DNA from: Chiloscyllium plagiosum
Taxonomy: Eukaryota
Reading direction: 5' to 3'
DNA: 32,449 nucleotides
Assembly: GCF_004010195.1 (NCBI RefSeq)
Contig: NW_025215100.1
Coordinates: 10,822 to 43,270 of the forward strand
Positions 11,418 through 22,824 of the stretch are shown piece after piece. The translations under genes and the position numbers were made by a program. Below the pieces are notes generated by a model. The model had not been told where the DNA came from and did not search any database. It saw only the letters and a program-made list of their open reading frames with translations. Every line of letters starts with the position of its first letter. The first letter of the stretch is position 1.

Positions 11418-12505
11418 CAATAGTATACTTTTGATAACAGGGTGACAAGAACTTGGTACAGTAATCGAGAAGAGGACTCATCAACACCTATGCAACCTCA
11501 ATATGACCTTCCAACTCCTGTACTCGAAGGTCTGAGCAATGAAGGCAAGCACGCTAGATGTTTTCTTCACCACATTGACTACATGTGAAGCAAACTTCAA
11601 AAATATGCAGCTGGCCAACTAGGTCTCTCTGTTCAGCAGCACTACCCAAGGCCCTACTTGTAATTGTATAAGTCCTACCCTTGTTTGTTTTATAAATATG
11701 CAATGCCTCAATAATTCCATCTGCCAATCCTCACACCATTGACTGGTTTAATCAAGATTTGTTTCTAATCTGAGATACCCTTCACTGTCCACTATACCAC
11801 CAATTTTGATGACATCTGCAAAATTACTAACCATGCCTTCTGTATTCTCATCTAAATCATTTACATAAAAAAAACAAACAAAAGCAGTCCCAGTACCGAT
11901 TGGGGTGGAACATCATTGGTAACTTGCATCCAGTCTAATAAGCAACTGTCCACCTCCTCTCCATCTCCTGCTGTTATGCCAATTTTATATTCAGTTGGCA
12001 CGCTCAACCTGAATCCCATGTAATCTAACCTTGCTATTTAGTCTACCACGCAGAATCTTGTAAAAGGCTTTACCAAACTTCAAGTTGATTATGTTTACAA
12101 TCGTGCCCTCAATCTTCTTGAATCCTATCTTTTAGAATCACCTCCAACAATGTACCCATCACACAAGTCAGACTCACAGGTCTATACTTCCCAGGCTTCT
12201 CCTTACATCTCTTCTTAAAATAATGGCAAAATATTACCCAATATCCGATCATCCAGCACCTCACCATAGTTACAGATGATACAAATATTTCTGCAAGGGG
12301 CACTACAACGTCCTGGGATACACTCGATCAGGTCTCTGAGATTATCCAACTTTGTGTTCAAAGACCTCCAGCATTTCCTCTTCTGTAATGTGAACTCTTT
12401 TCAAAACATCAATATTCATTTCCTTGCGTTTGCCTGCTTCCCAGTAAAAAAATGATGTGAAAATTCATTTTTTGCCTCTCGCATCTTCTGAAATTCAAAC
12501 AGAAC

Positions 12506-13331
12506 TGCAGAGGTGAACTGGATCTGCTGGTAACAAAATGGCCCATGTCTACTCACCCAAAATGGCTGACAAATGTCTCCCTTAGTACATTGTCATGAAT
12601 GGCTGTGAGTAATCTATTTTGTCCAGGGCAAATCAGGGTACTTCTGAAAACTGACTAACTTTCACACATAGGCATAAATGTTTTGGTTCCATGTATCTAT
12701 GCTGGAAGTCTTTGAAAACAGACCTAAACCTAACTAACCAGAACAGAAAGCATTCTTACAAATCTTAAAGCAACTAGTTAAAACTAAATGTCTTTGGTAT
12801 TTTTAACACATAATTAGGACAATGGGAAATATAAGAGGAAAAACAGAATTTTGTAAAGAAAGCACATGAGATACAATGAATAACAGAATTCAAACTGACT
12901 CACAGTAAAGCCAGCCTGAGAGGCCTGAAGGAGTCCAGCAATTAACTTTGGAATATGAATGAAGAGGATGCATAGAAAGATGGCAAGGATGAGTGATTAA
13001 AGTGTCTGTTCAATGCCATGAGGTCATGGGAAGCTGAGGCCTATTAAAGGAATGCCTGTCATTGATTCGGTTTCTTATAGGATTGGGTTTACAAAGTATG
13101 AGGGAGGATCAAAGTGATCAAGTTGTATGCGATTGTTATCAGCAAATTTATAAAAATACCGCTTTATGTCATTAATTCAGAGTATGTCATGATCTCCCTT
13201 TCAGGGCTGGCCTCTGGAGAGAATCCTTTGCCCCTGCTTTAACTGGGTTTTGCATGAATAAACCTCCACTTGCCTGAGTTCTGCCTGTCTGCTGAGTTTG
13301 CATTCCCTTTCAGTGGGAAAAGGCTCCAACA
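12506..13331 (+). mobile_element. Solo LTR (ERV- or Gypsy-type)
   Basis: TG...CA ends, AATAAA at ~13257, flanks AGAAC/ACAAC (4/5 TSD), splits a CR1 coding segment, and its 3' half is homologous to 27080-27555. Confidence 0.7.
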
Positions 13332-13747
13332 ACAACAACTACCTCTTTGATCTTTAAGGTGCCCTACTCTCTTTCTCTCCCTCATTGTTAACTTGCTTTG
13401 AATGATCTTGTAGAATCTCATTGAATTATGCTTAACCTTATCTGCCAAGACTATCTGGTATCCCCCTCTTTAATTTCCTAATCTCCCTCTCAAGAATGCC
13501 CTTTCTATTTGCATAATGTTCAAGAGATGCTTTCACCCCAGTTGTCTATTCTAATATATGATTTATTTGTATTTGCAAATAAAACATTGACTTTGCTGCT
13601 CCTCTGATGCTGTGCTTTTCCAGTTTCATTTTTATCAATTTTGACTGTCCTTACTAAGAACCTTACATTTATCCACAATATATTGCTTTTGCCCATTGAC
13701 TTCTCCTCAACATAATCACAATGCATCTTCTTTCACAGCTCACCATA

Positions 13748-14130
13748 GGGTGGCATGGTGGCTCACAGCACTAGGATCCCAGGTTCAATCCAGCCTTGGG
13801 CAACTATCTGTGCTCTGGTTTCCTCCCACATTCCAAAGATGTGCAGGTCAGGTGAGTTGGCCATGGTAAATTGCCCATAGTGTTAGATGCATTAATCAGA
13901 GGGAAACGGGTCTGGGTAGGTTACTCTTCAGAGGAGAAAGTGAGGTCTGCAGATGCTGGAGATCAGAGCTGAAAATGTGTTGCTGGAAAAGCGCAGCAGG
14001 TCAGGCGGCATCCAAGGAACAGGAGAATCGACGTTTCGGGTATAAGCCCTTCCTCAGGAAGAGGGTCAGTGTGGATTAGTTGGGCTGAAGGGCCTGTTTC
14101 CACACTGTAGGGAATCTAATCTAAAAAAAA
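13748..14130 (+). mobile_element. HE1-like V-SINE with an internal PLE insertion
   Basis: GGGTGGCATGGTGGCTCA head, GGTTTCCTCCCACATTCCAAAGATGTGCAGG V-domain, GGGCTGAAGGGCCTGTTTCCACACTGTAG CR1-like tail and A-run. Confidence 0.85.
13935..14059 (-). mobile_element. Short PLE family A fragment with hammerhead motif
   Basis: Minus strand TTC-CTGAGGA-A-GGGC-TTAT-ACCC-GAA-ACGT-C-GAT...CTCACTTTCT. AGAGG repeated at both junctions. Confidence 0.8.
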
Positions 14131-14199
14131 ACCAGTTATCTGGAGATATTATATTTAGTTTCCTCTTCTAAATCATTGTGACTATATTGTGAAGTGTAG

Positions 14200-15660
14200 G
14201 ATTCTAATAATGATTCTTGCCATGACTCCTAGTCACTGCTTGCCATCGAAAAAATGATCCATTTATTCCCTCTTTCGGTCAACCAGTTTTTTAAAATCCA
14301 TCTCAGCACCATGTTCTTTATTTTCTTTTTTGTGGGATTTTGTAAAAGGAAACATCCGAATGACGCCATCTGCTTATCACCTCAATCCCAGCAGATTTGC
14401 CAAGCTGAGAACATAGAACATTGTGATACAGGAACAGGCCCTTCAAATCCATGCTGACTTTGTTTGGTCCCAATCTTTTTTTTCTGCAGATACTCTGCAA
14501 GTATTTTTTTCCGACAGGCTGAATGGCCTATAATACCCAGATTATCTCTAACTTGCTTTTCAAATAGATTGGTTACATTAGTTAATTCACAATCTGTGGA
14601 AAATATTGCAATGTCTATGGAATCTTGGAACATGACCATTCACTATTTCTGTGACTACTATGTTAATACTCTGGGATGTGGATGACCAGGCCCTGCTGTT
14701 TCCCAGCTTCAATCCTATCCATTGTCCCAACACAATATTCCAAACAATATTGATTAGTTTCAGTTTTTCCCTCTCACTGAACTCTATGTTCCCCAACATT
14801 CCTGGTGTATCATTTGTGTCGTCCTTTGTGATCAGAGAACAACAGTTACATATTTGGATGGATAGCCATTTTTGCTCCCTAATATAGACTTCCTCCTTTT
14901 GATCGTAAGAGACCTATCTTTGTGTTCACCAACCTATGTTTTCTTCCATTTCCCCTTTACACATTTATCAATACTTTAACAGTTAGTTTCTTTTTCAAAA
15001 CAGCTTGCTCCAGTCCTCATTTTCTCTTTCTTAATTGATGCCCTTTATCTAATTGTTTGCTGAATTCTAAATTGTGGCGAAAGTGAGGACTGCAGATGGT
15101 GGAGATCAGAGTCAAGATTAGTGTATTGTTGGAAAAGCACAGCAGGTCAGGCAGCATCCGAGGAGCAGGAAAATTGATGTTTCGGGCAAAGGCCTTTCAT
15201 CAGGAATGAGGCTGGGAATCTCCAGCTTGGAGAGATAAATGGAAGCGGGGTGGGGCTGGGGAGAAGGTAGCTAAGAGTATAATAGGTGGATGGAGGTAGG
15301 GATGAAGGTGATAAGTCAGAGAGGAGGGTGGAGCGGATAGATGTGAAGGAAGATTGGCAGGTAGGACAGGTCATGAGGATGCTGCTGAGCTGGCAGGTTG
15401 GAACTGATGTAAGGTGGGGGGAGAGGAAATGAGGAAACTGGTGAAGTCCACAAAGTTGATTCTAAACTTACTGCGAATCCTCTTGTAAGGATGCTACCTT
15501 GAAGAAGTTCTCCTCCTCTTTCGACAAATATCTCAGTGAGGTTCTCTTTTACTGCAACCCCCAGGTCATCTCTGCTCTGAATTCTAAATTGTTCCCAGGC
15601 TTTATGTTTGTCTGTTTATTTTCTTCCCAATTTGTATGCCTATTCTTCGGATCAAATATT
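14200..15660 (-). mobile_element. Old CR1 ORF2 fragments (pre-RT region), interrupted by PLE 15076-15576
   Basis: Decayed IVLGQWIGLKLG, MFQDSID...TNVTNLFEK motifs corresponding to the CR1 GLK.DKSPGPD...ANVTPLFKK region. Confidence 0.6.
15076..15576 (-). mobile_element. PLE family A pLTR fragment (longer copy, rearranged far end)
   Basis: 16-bp TSD CTGAATTCTAAATTGT (15060-15075, 15577-15592). Homologous to the arms of 1460-1995. Confidence 0.85.
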
Positions 15661-15817
15661 ATCTCACAGAGCCCTAAAGTTTTGTTAAGTTTACAAAAGT
15701 AATACTAAAGCTTTGTAAATTGTAAAACTTTCCAAATTCAGGGCAACCTCCATCAGAAAAGTTAAATGCACTTGATGTTGGGAGGCATCAACTAGATAAA
15801 AGGCAAGTTTCTCTCTT

Positions 15818-16017
15818 AGCCACACACCATAATCACTTGGAAATATATCCCCTTTCCTTCACTGTCGCTTGATCAAGACCCTGGAATTCCCTGTTCATGG
15901 CATTGTAGGCAGGACATGGACAACAGGTGTTACAGAAGGTGGCTCACCACCGCCTGCTCAAAGGGGAATAAATGCGAAGCTCAGCCAGCGACGTCCACGT
16001 CCCCAGAGTGAATAAAC
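15818..16017 (+). mobile_element. LINE 3' end (L2/CR1-group, tail of the type shared with SacSINE-like SINEs)
   Basis: ACTTGGAAATATATC..TTCCTTCACTGTCGCT...CCTGGAATTCCCT...GCTCACCACC...AATAAATGC...GCCAGCGACG.CCAC.TCCC...GAATAAA. Confidence 0.6.
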
Positions 16018-16384
16018 AGAAACATCTGGGGTCTCTCGTTGTGGGATACAATACATCACAAGGTTTCTGTCTGCAGCATACCTGACACGAACATCTGTTG
16101 TCCGCTATACACTCAATCGAGGCCCAGAGACGTTATTGCACACCCCTGCTCCAGGTCTGATTTTTGCACACGCCTCCTGAACCAGAAACAGGGACTAACA
16201 CTGTGATGCAAGACTCTCTCCAACAGTTACATTCTGCCTTAGTAAGAGTGATCCACTTATTTCATTTGTGTTACTATTTTCCACTTATGTTACTTTCTTA
16301 AAGGAATTAATATTTGTGTATGAGTTTCAGCATAATTACATACCATAGTTAAAATAAGATCAGACGTGATGTTATTGAATGGTG

Positions 16385-16720
16385 GGCACAGGGGATGGGC
16401 CGAGTGGCCGCCAGCTTCCCCGCCCCCTGATCAGATTGTGAGAGAGCCGGAGGGAGGAGTTATTAACATGACCCGGGGATGAGCTCAATAGAGCTTCATA
16501 AAGAGACAATGTCCCAGCTTGAAACCTTCTCTGTCCTTTCCCCCACAGCCTCAGATCCTTTGGTCAAACTGGGAGAAAAGGGAATTGGGGAAATGACCAA
16601 TTGATGTTTGTTTCTGGGAAGCATTAGGAAAAGCAGCGCATGCGCGATGATTGATCCTGAGTAGAGGAGCGCATGCGTGAGGCCCACCCCCAGCGCTGCC
16701 ATTGAGGAGCATTTACTCAG
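16385..16720 (+). promoter_or_regulatory. CpG-rich, TATA-less promoter-like region
   Basis: GC box CCCCGCCCCC (16418-16427), CCAAT (16597-16601), GAS-like TTCTGGGAA (16612-16620), NRF1 motifs GCGCATGCGC (16636-16645) and GCGCATGCGT (16669-16678), CACCC box. Locally CpG-enriched unique sequence with a downstream donor GTGAGT at 16865. Confidence 0.7.
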
Positions 16721-16815
16721 TGAGTGCAAGAGGTTTGTTTGAAACAGACCGCAATGGAGAGATCAGCGCCCAGGGAAGCGAGGGAACAGCAGGCTCCTTC
16801 CAGCAGCACATCGGG

Positions 16816-16864
16816 ATGGGAGCCTGGGACACAGAGGGGGCTCCGAGACCGGGATTGATTCGGG
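16816..16864 (+). CDS. Candidate exon 1 coding part of an unknown gene (may be 5' UTR/uORF)
   Basis: gggATGg Kozak context, MGAWDTEGAPRPGLIR, donor GGG|GTGAGT, phase 1. Confidence 0.35.
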
Positions 16865-17358
16865 GTGAGTTCAGGGAGAACCGGGGGCTGTTTGTAAGAG
16901 GCCGAGCGGAGCAGGAACTGGTCCCGGAACTTGGAGTGAGCGGGCTGGGGGGAAGAGAGAGGCCTTTCTCGGGCTGTGTGTGGGCCTGCTGGGCTTCTGT
17001 TTCCCACTTTTTGTTGCGAATAGACTTTGAATTGTTGGGGAATAAAGGGCAGTGTATCTAAATGTGATAGTAGTGCCAGCTGTTCTTCCTTCAACATTGT
17101 GTTTATTTGGGAGCTGAATATTGAACTGTGTAATCATTCTATTTTTGGAGCTGTGCATATGTTGGTTAGTTTTCTTTCATCTGAGTAAACTGTTTCAGAA
17201 TTTCGCAAACAGAAAAAGACTGGCAGCAGATCAGTGTTGCTTTGTATCCAGACCTTGCTCTGTTTAAAAACAGAAGTATCATGATCATGACGTGAATGTT
17301 GCGTTGATCAGTTGATGTCTTTCTACTCAAAAATGATATCTCTCTTTTCTTCCTCCAG

Positions 17359-17440
17359 GCAAATGTTTGATGGACCAAGATAATTTAATATTCCCTCAGT
17401 ACAAAGCCAAGTGTGACCATCTTCTTCCGCCAACCAGCAG
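17359..17440 (+). CDS. Candidate exon 2 (82 nt)
   Basis: Acceptor TCTCTTTTCTTCCTCCAG and donor CAG|GTATGT, both conserved in the paralog at 22749-22824. Open frame GKCLMDQDNLIFPQYKAKCDHLLPPTS. Exon status is better supported than coding status. Confidence 0.5.
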
Positions 17441-18318
17441 GTATGTTACAGTTGTCAGATTGGAGAACATCCTTTCCAGTCACAGAGTGGATTGAGTCAG
17501 ATACACATTGAGCTCAATTTCCAGAAGGATGCATTCAATCCAAGAGTCAGGCACAACTAATGAAATATTTTTAAAAATTTCTCTTAATGCACAACATGTC
17601 AGTTCCAATAAATTCCATTATGCATAGCCAGTTATCACTTGCAATATCAGAAGAGGAATAGACTGTAACCTCATGAAATATACATTCAGGAATTACATTA
17701 AAATTGCCTTTACTACATGTGGATTAAAGTTACAATCAAGGTGAACAAACAAGTCATGCTGTTACATTGTTACAACAAGGATATATGAAGAAGATATTGA
17801 GTGCGGATGCAGAAGGAAACTTTGATATTTTCAGTACCTGAGAAAGTCAAAATTACATTTTTGGTAAATCATTGTCCTGGAAAAGACACAACAATTAAAC
17901 TATATAAATTCCAAATGAATCTCTGGGCCAAAGCCCGATGTCGAGGGAGTGCTCATCGTGTGTGTACACACCCACAACCACTATCTCCATCCCACCCCCA
18001 TGTGTGTGTTTGCGCGCGCACACACCATTCTATCTCCCACAGAGCTACTGACTGATTAACAATAGTTGCAAATTCGTACACCATCCTGAAATACACGTTA
18101 CAACATCTAACAGTGATGAAGATCCATATACACTGAAACTAGGAGAAAACGTTTCATCAAACTGATTTCTACTCTCCGATGTCAAGTCAAAGAGATCGAC
18201 AGCACAGAATACGTATATTCAAATTGTTAAGTCAGCACTGATCAAAAACAGTCTATAACAACACAGCTGATTGAAAGGGATTAGAATTGGTAACTCAATG
18301 AGTATTCCATTTCCATAG

Positions 18319-18577
18319 ATTTTTCATGGCAGCAGAGAAGTTGTCATCCCTATCTGTGTCATACCACCATTCTCCATCATTTTGTAGGATTTTTTTTTCA
18401 GTCCAGAAAGAGAGTTTTTCTTCTTATTCTGTCTTTCAAAATTTGTTTCAAGAAATCTATGAAGAACCCTGCATTCATCTTGACTATCTCTTCATTAAAC
18501 TACAAAATAAAATCAAGGAATCAGGATATAGTTTTGCCAAGGAGTCAATAGAATCAGATGATTACTATTTACACTAG
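18319..18577 (+). CDS. Candidate exon 3 / ORF of an unknown protein (possibly a truncated pseudogene exon)
   Basis: Acceptor TTCCATTTCCATAG, phase matches exon 2, contains the 83-aa ORF 18326-18577. No family recognised. Confidence 0.3.
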
Positions 18578-19147
18578 TGCAGAAAGAAAGATAAAGCTAA
18601 AATTGATAGGTTTGTCAAGCTGCTCCTTTATTTTAACCACCAAGAGTTGATCGTTCAATAAATTGAATTTGACTGTTTAAATATTCTTCACTGCCAATTG
18701 AAAATAAAAGACCTTTTGTTTTCCCCTGCCCTACCAGAGAGCAATGCAAGAATACTGCTAATGGTTTGCACCAGATCCTGTCCAGATTGGTAAATAAAAT
18801 AGAATTGACCAATTCTCTTTTCTGCACAAGGAGCATTGTCTTCAGTCAGCTGCAATGCAGTTGAAGTGTTCACTTAGTTACAAATTGATTCGGTTAATAC
18901 TGATCATTAATTCATTGGTAAAGTATGTCACAATGCAAACATTGATAGCATCCTGAAAACCAGACCTTGATATCCCCACTGTTCCTGGTTAGACTCTGCA
19001 CTATAGGAATTACAAAAGACTATTGTTTTTCTCCCCTTGATTCTGAAGAAAAGCACAGATGCTTTTCTGTTGTAATGTGTTGCTTGTTCACCTATCCATG
19101 GGTCCTATGGGCTCTAAAACTAAAGCACATAGGCTCTGGACATTATC

Positions 19148-19210
19148 CAACTACATATGGAATGAGCAGCCAGAGGAAGTGGTGGAGGCTGGTACAATTG
19201 CAACATCTAA
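19148..19210 (+). mobile_element. Tiny CR1 3' fragment
   Basis: WNEQPEEVVEAGTIAT motif. Confidence 0.65.
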
Positions 19211-19234
19211 GAATATCTACATTCTATCCAGAAA

Positions 19235-19815
19235 AAAATTGTCCCTGAGCTTCAGTAGCATGCCACTTAACAGACCACCCAGTTCCCTGGCCAACAGCTC
19301 TATCTCAGCCTTTCTGCAGTGCTCCAGCAAAGTTCATTGCTAGCTGGAAGAACAGCACTTCATTTTGTGCTTGGAAACTTGACAGCCTTCTGGACTCAAT
19401 ATTGAATTCTACAACTTTAGAGCTAGAGCTCTCCAGTATCATTACCCAAAACCTCTCTCACCACACAGTGTTATCACAGGCTCTTCTATTGTACCCCAAA
19501 ACTCACTAACAGTCTCTATTAATACCTATTACCATCCTCGTCTGACTGTGATCCACTAGTTTATCTGTTCAACTGTTCTTCCCTCTCTTTGGATTCTATA
19601 TCCATCCACCATTTACTCCCTTACCCTTCAACACACCCTGTCCTCTGCAGAAAATCTAATATTTTCCTGGCTACCATCTCTTCACAGGAAGGGTAACTAG
19701 ACTGGAAATTTTAACGATGATTTCTGTCCACAGACTCTGTCAGACCTGCTGAGCTTTTCCAGCAATTTGTTTTAGTTTCTGATTTCCAGCATCTGCAGTT
19801 CTTTTGGTTTTCATT
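19235..19815 (+). mobile_element. Old Penelope-like element 3' part (GIY-YIG C-terminus + pLTR)
   Basis: Decayed VACH...LQCSSK...LEEQHFILCLG...SGLNIEFYNFR, then a pLTR ending GACCTGCTGAGCTTTTCCAGC...CCAGCATCTGCAG related to family A. Confidence 0.7.
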
Positions 19816-19817
19816 TA

Positions 19818-20083
19818 GAGACTAATAACTACATTTTCATATTCACAGAGCAGAAACTACCAGGGAAAATTGATAACCACATTCACATGTTCACAAAAGA
19901 AATTCTGTCCGGCAAACATTGATAAATGCACTCACATTTACATTACAGAGCCTGACCGGGAAGGGTTCTTAACTAAACAAAACATTCGTGAAGCAAAAAC
20001 TGACCAACTGTTAAAAAGTAAATTCTCATATTCACATAGCAGAACCTGGCAGACTTAGATTGACAATTACCCAAACACATTCA
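19818..20083 (+). repeat. Degenerate ~49-bp tandem repeat, block 2
   Basis: ATATTCACAGAGCAGAAACT...TTGATAAC units. Confidence 0.75.
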
Positions 20084-20702
20084 GTATTGAGTACAGTTGT
20101 TGGGAGGTCATCTTGCAGCTGTACAGGACATTGGCTAGGCCACTGTTGGAATATTGCATGCAATTCTGGTCTCCTTCCTATAGGAATGATATTGTGAATC
20201 TTGAAAGGGTTCCGAAACAATTTACAAGGAGGTTGCCAGGTTTGGAGGATTTGAGCTATCAGGAGAGGTTGAATAGGCTAGGGCTATTTTCCCTGGAGCA
20301 TTAGAGGCTGAGGGGTGACATTAGAGAGGTTTATAAAATCATGAGGGGTGTGGAAAGAATAAATAAACAAAGTCTTTTCCCTGGGGTGGGGGAGTCCAGA
20401 ACTAGAGGGCATAGGTTTAGGGTGAAAGGGGAAAGAAATAAAAGAAACCTAAGGAGCACGTTTTCATGCAGAGTGTGGTACTTGTGTGGAATAACCTGCC
20501 AGAAGGAAGTGGTGGAGGCTAGTACAATTGCAGCATTTAAAAGACATCTGGATGTGTATATGAATAGGAAGTATTTGGATGGATATGGGCCGGGTGCTGC
20601 CAGGTGGGACTAGATTGGGTTGGGATATCTAGTTGGCATGGAAAAGGTGGACTGAAGGGTCTGTTTCCGTGCTGTACATCTCTATGACTATGATTCTATG
20701 AC
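20084..20702 (+). mobile_element. CR1 (HER1-like) LINE 3' end
   Basis: LYRTLARPLLEYC...RTRGHRF...; tail CTCTATGACTATGATTCTATGA. Confidence 0.92.
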
Positions 20703-20711
20703 ATTCATCAA

Positions 20712-21262
20712 GCAGATTTCCTCAGATGGCTAAGGGAATTCAGCATGTCCATAAAGACACTTGCAAACTTTTATAGATGCACCACCGAAAGCATCCTATT
20801 TGGATGTGTCACAGCATAGTATGGCTTCTGTTCTGCCCAACACCACAAGAAACTACAGAGAGTTGTGACTCAGACCAGTCCATCACTGAAAGCAGCCTTC
20901 CATCTAAAGGCTTCATTTCCACTTCCCCCTGTCTCGGGAAAGCAACCAACAACATGAAAGACCCATCCAACCCTAGTTATACGCTCCTCCACCCTGATCT
21001 GTCAGGGGGAAAATACAGAAGTTTGAATACACCATCGAACAGATTCAAGAACAGCTACTCTGCTATTGTTAGATTTTGAATGGACCTCTAAATTTTGATG
21101 CTAATCTCTGTCTGCACCTTCTCTGCAGCTTTAACACTGTATCCTGGATTCTGTTCTAATTACCTTGATGAACTTTGAATGAGATGATCTACCTGTAAGG
21201 TGCACAAAACAATACTTTTCAATTTATCTCAGGACATGTGATAACAATGATCAAATTAAATG
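20712..21262 (+). mobile_element. Rex1/Babar-like LINE 3' end
   Basis: FLRWLREFSM...NFYRCTTESILFGCVTA*YGFCSAQHHKKLQRVV...SGGKYRSL...RFKNS motif series; CAAAT-type tail. Confidence 0.75.
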
Positions 21263-22475
21263 AATAACTGCAGTCTTATGTTCACATAGCAGAATCTGAG
21301 GGGTACAGGCTGATAACTACAGTCACACAAACTGACCAGAAAAAAATGAATAAATACACTCAAAACACTGGAATTACAGAGCCTGACAGGGAAAGATTGA
21401 TCACTAAACTCTATTGATCACTAATCAGAAGCTGATAGCAACAGATGAAAACTCAGCTCACACATTCACATAGTAGGGATAGATTGACAATTACACAAAC
21501 ATATTCACCAAGCAGAAATTGACAGCTGCAGATTGATAACTATATTTATGTATTCACGCAGCAGAGTCTGAAAGGTACAGATTGAGTTACACTCACTTTG
21601 ACAAAGAAGATAACTGTACTCCCACATTCACATAGCTGAAACTGACAGCTCCAGTTTGATTAATGCATCTACATTCACAGAGCAGAAGCTGATGATTACT
21701 GATCAGTAACTGTATTCACATATTGACCGGGAAGAAACTGACAGGGACAGGTTGGTATCGACTCTCTCAAATTGACGTGGTAGAAACAGGTTGACAAAGA
21801 CACTCTGGTGTCAAATAGCAAAACCTGACAGGTACTGTTTGATAACTGCATTCACACATAGCTAAAGCAGACAAATACAGATCAATATCTACATTCACAC
21901 AGAAGAAACTGATGGATACAATTTGATGACTGCATATAATATTCATACAGCAGAAACTGACAGGTAGATACTGATAATGACACTTGCGTTCTCATAGCTG
22001 AAACTGACAGGTTCAGGTTGATAACTACACTATCAGATATACAGAAACTGTTCAGGACAGATTGGTATGTAAACTCTCACATTCACAGGGCAGAAACTGA
22101 CAGGTACATATTGATGACTAAACCCTCACATCCCTATCAGTGAAACACATAGGGACTGATTTTATTTATTTAAAATATATTTAACAACCAGTCCTGCAAG
22201 TTTATTCTGTGTGGATATATGAGTTTAGTTATCAATCCATACCTGTCAGTTAATGCTATGTGAATGTGTGAGTGTATTTATTAATCTGTCCCTGTCAGTC
22301 TCTGCAATGCCAAAATGTAAATATATTTACCAGATTGTGACAGGGACAGATTGATAACTACATTCACTCTCACATTTGCACAGCTTATACTGATGATACA
22401 GGTTGACAGTTGAACTCCCACATTCACCTCGCAGGAACTCACAGGTATGGATTGATAAGGAAACTCTCAGATCCA
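21263..22475 (+). repeat. Degenerate ~49-bp tandem repeat, block 3, with an inverted segment ~22205-22335
   Basis: GAAACTG recurs at 21953, 22000, 22044 and 22093. Reverse-complement units GTTATCAATC..TACCTGTCAGTT lie at 22228-22305. Confidence 0.85.
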
Positions 22476-22748
22476 GATACGCACTTGTATTGGGGTAGCC
22501 CAATTATAGAGCTGTGGAGGTGTTGGTTAGTATCTGGTTCTCAGTGAATTGGTATAGATATTTTTATTATAATCACCAGACAAAGAGCAGCTCAGGCCAA
22601 GAATAGAATCAGACCTGTTGTTCTGTTGGACTTGCTGGTTTGAAAGAAAAACGGCTTAATGATTATTAAATGAATGTTACATTCAAAGGTTTGATACTGT
22701 CAAATTTAATGTTGATTTACAGGAGATGTCTCTTCTGTCTTCCTCCAG

Positions 22749-22824
22749 ACAAATACTTGAAGGACCAAGACACATTCCCTCGGGGCGAAGCCAAGTGTGA
22801 TCAGTTCTTTCGAACAAACAGCAG
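22749..22824 (+). other. Paralogous copy of candidate exon 2 (76 nt) in a duplicated block ~22635-22995
   Basis: TCTTCCTCCAG|...CAGCAG|GTATGT. Aligns to 17359-17440 with a net 6-nt difference, and flanking intron is also homologous. Confidence 0.6.

Larger units (their letters stand above)
10826..13730 (-). mobile_element. Degenerate CR1 LINE interrupted by a PLE hairpin (11296-11417) and a solo LTR (12506-13331)
   Basis: LERVQKRFTRML, KEKPGKYRPVSLT and RFYKIIQSK...VGHLKDQRG. CR1 3' UTR at ~10826-10930. Confidence 0.85.

Noticed and set aside
16717..17158. Minus-strand ORFs over the GC-rich region
   Set aside because: Expected by chance in GC-rich DNA, with no recognisable motifs.
17958..18025. 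Alternating purine-pyrimidine tract (Z-DNA)
   Set aside because: Short, interrupted and common; no supporting context.
19464..19502. V(D)J recombination signal (CACAGTG + 23 bp)
   Set aside because: Nonamer CCCCAAAAC is a poor match, the site lies within a PLE, and no V/J segments were seen.
21263..22475. 49-bp array as a CRISPR array or coding repeat
   Set aside because: Whole units are homologous (no unique spacers), the period is not a multiple of 3, and there is no long ORF.
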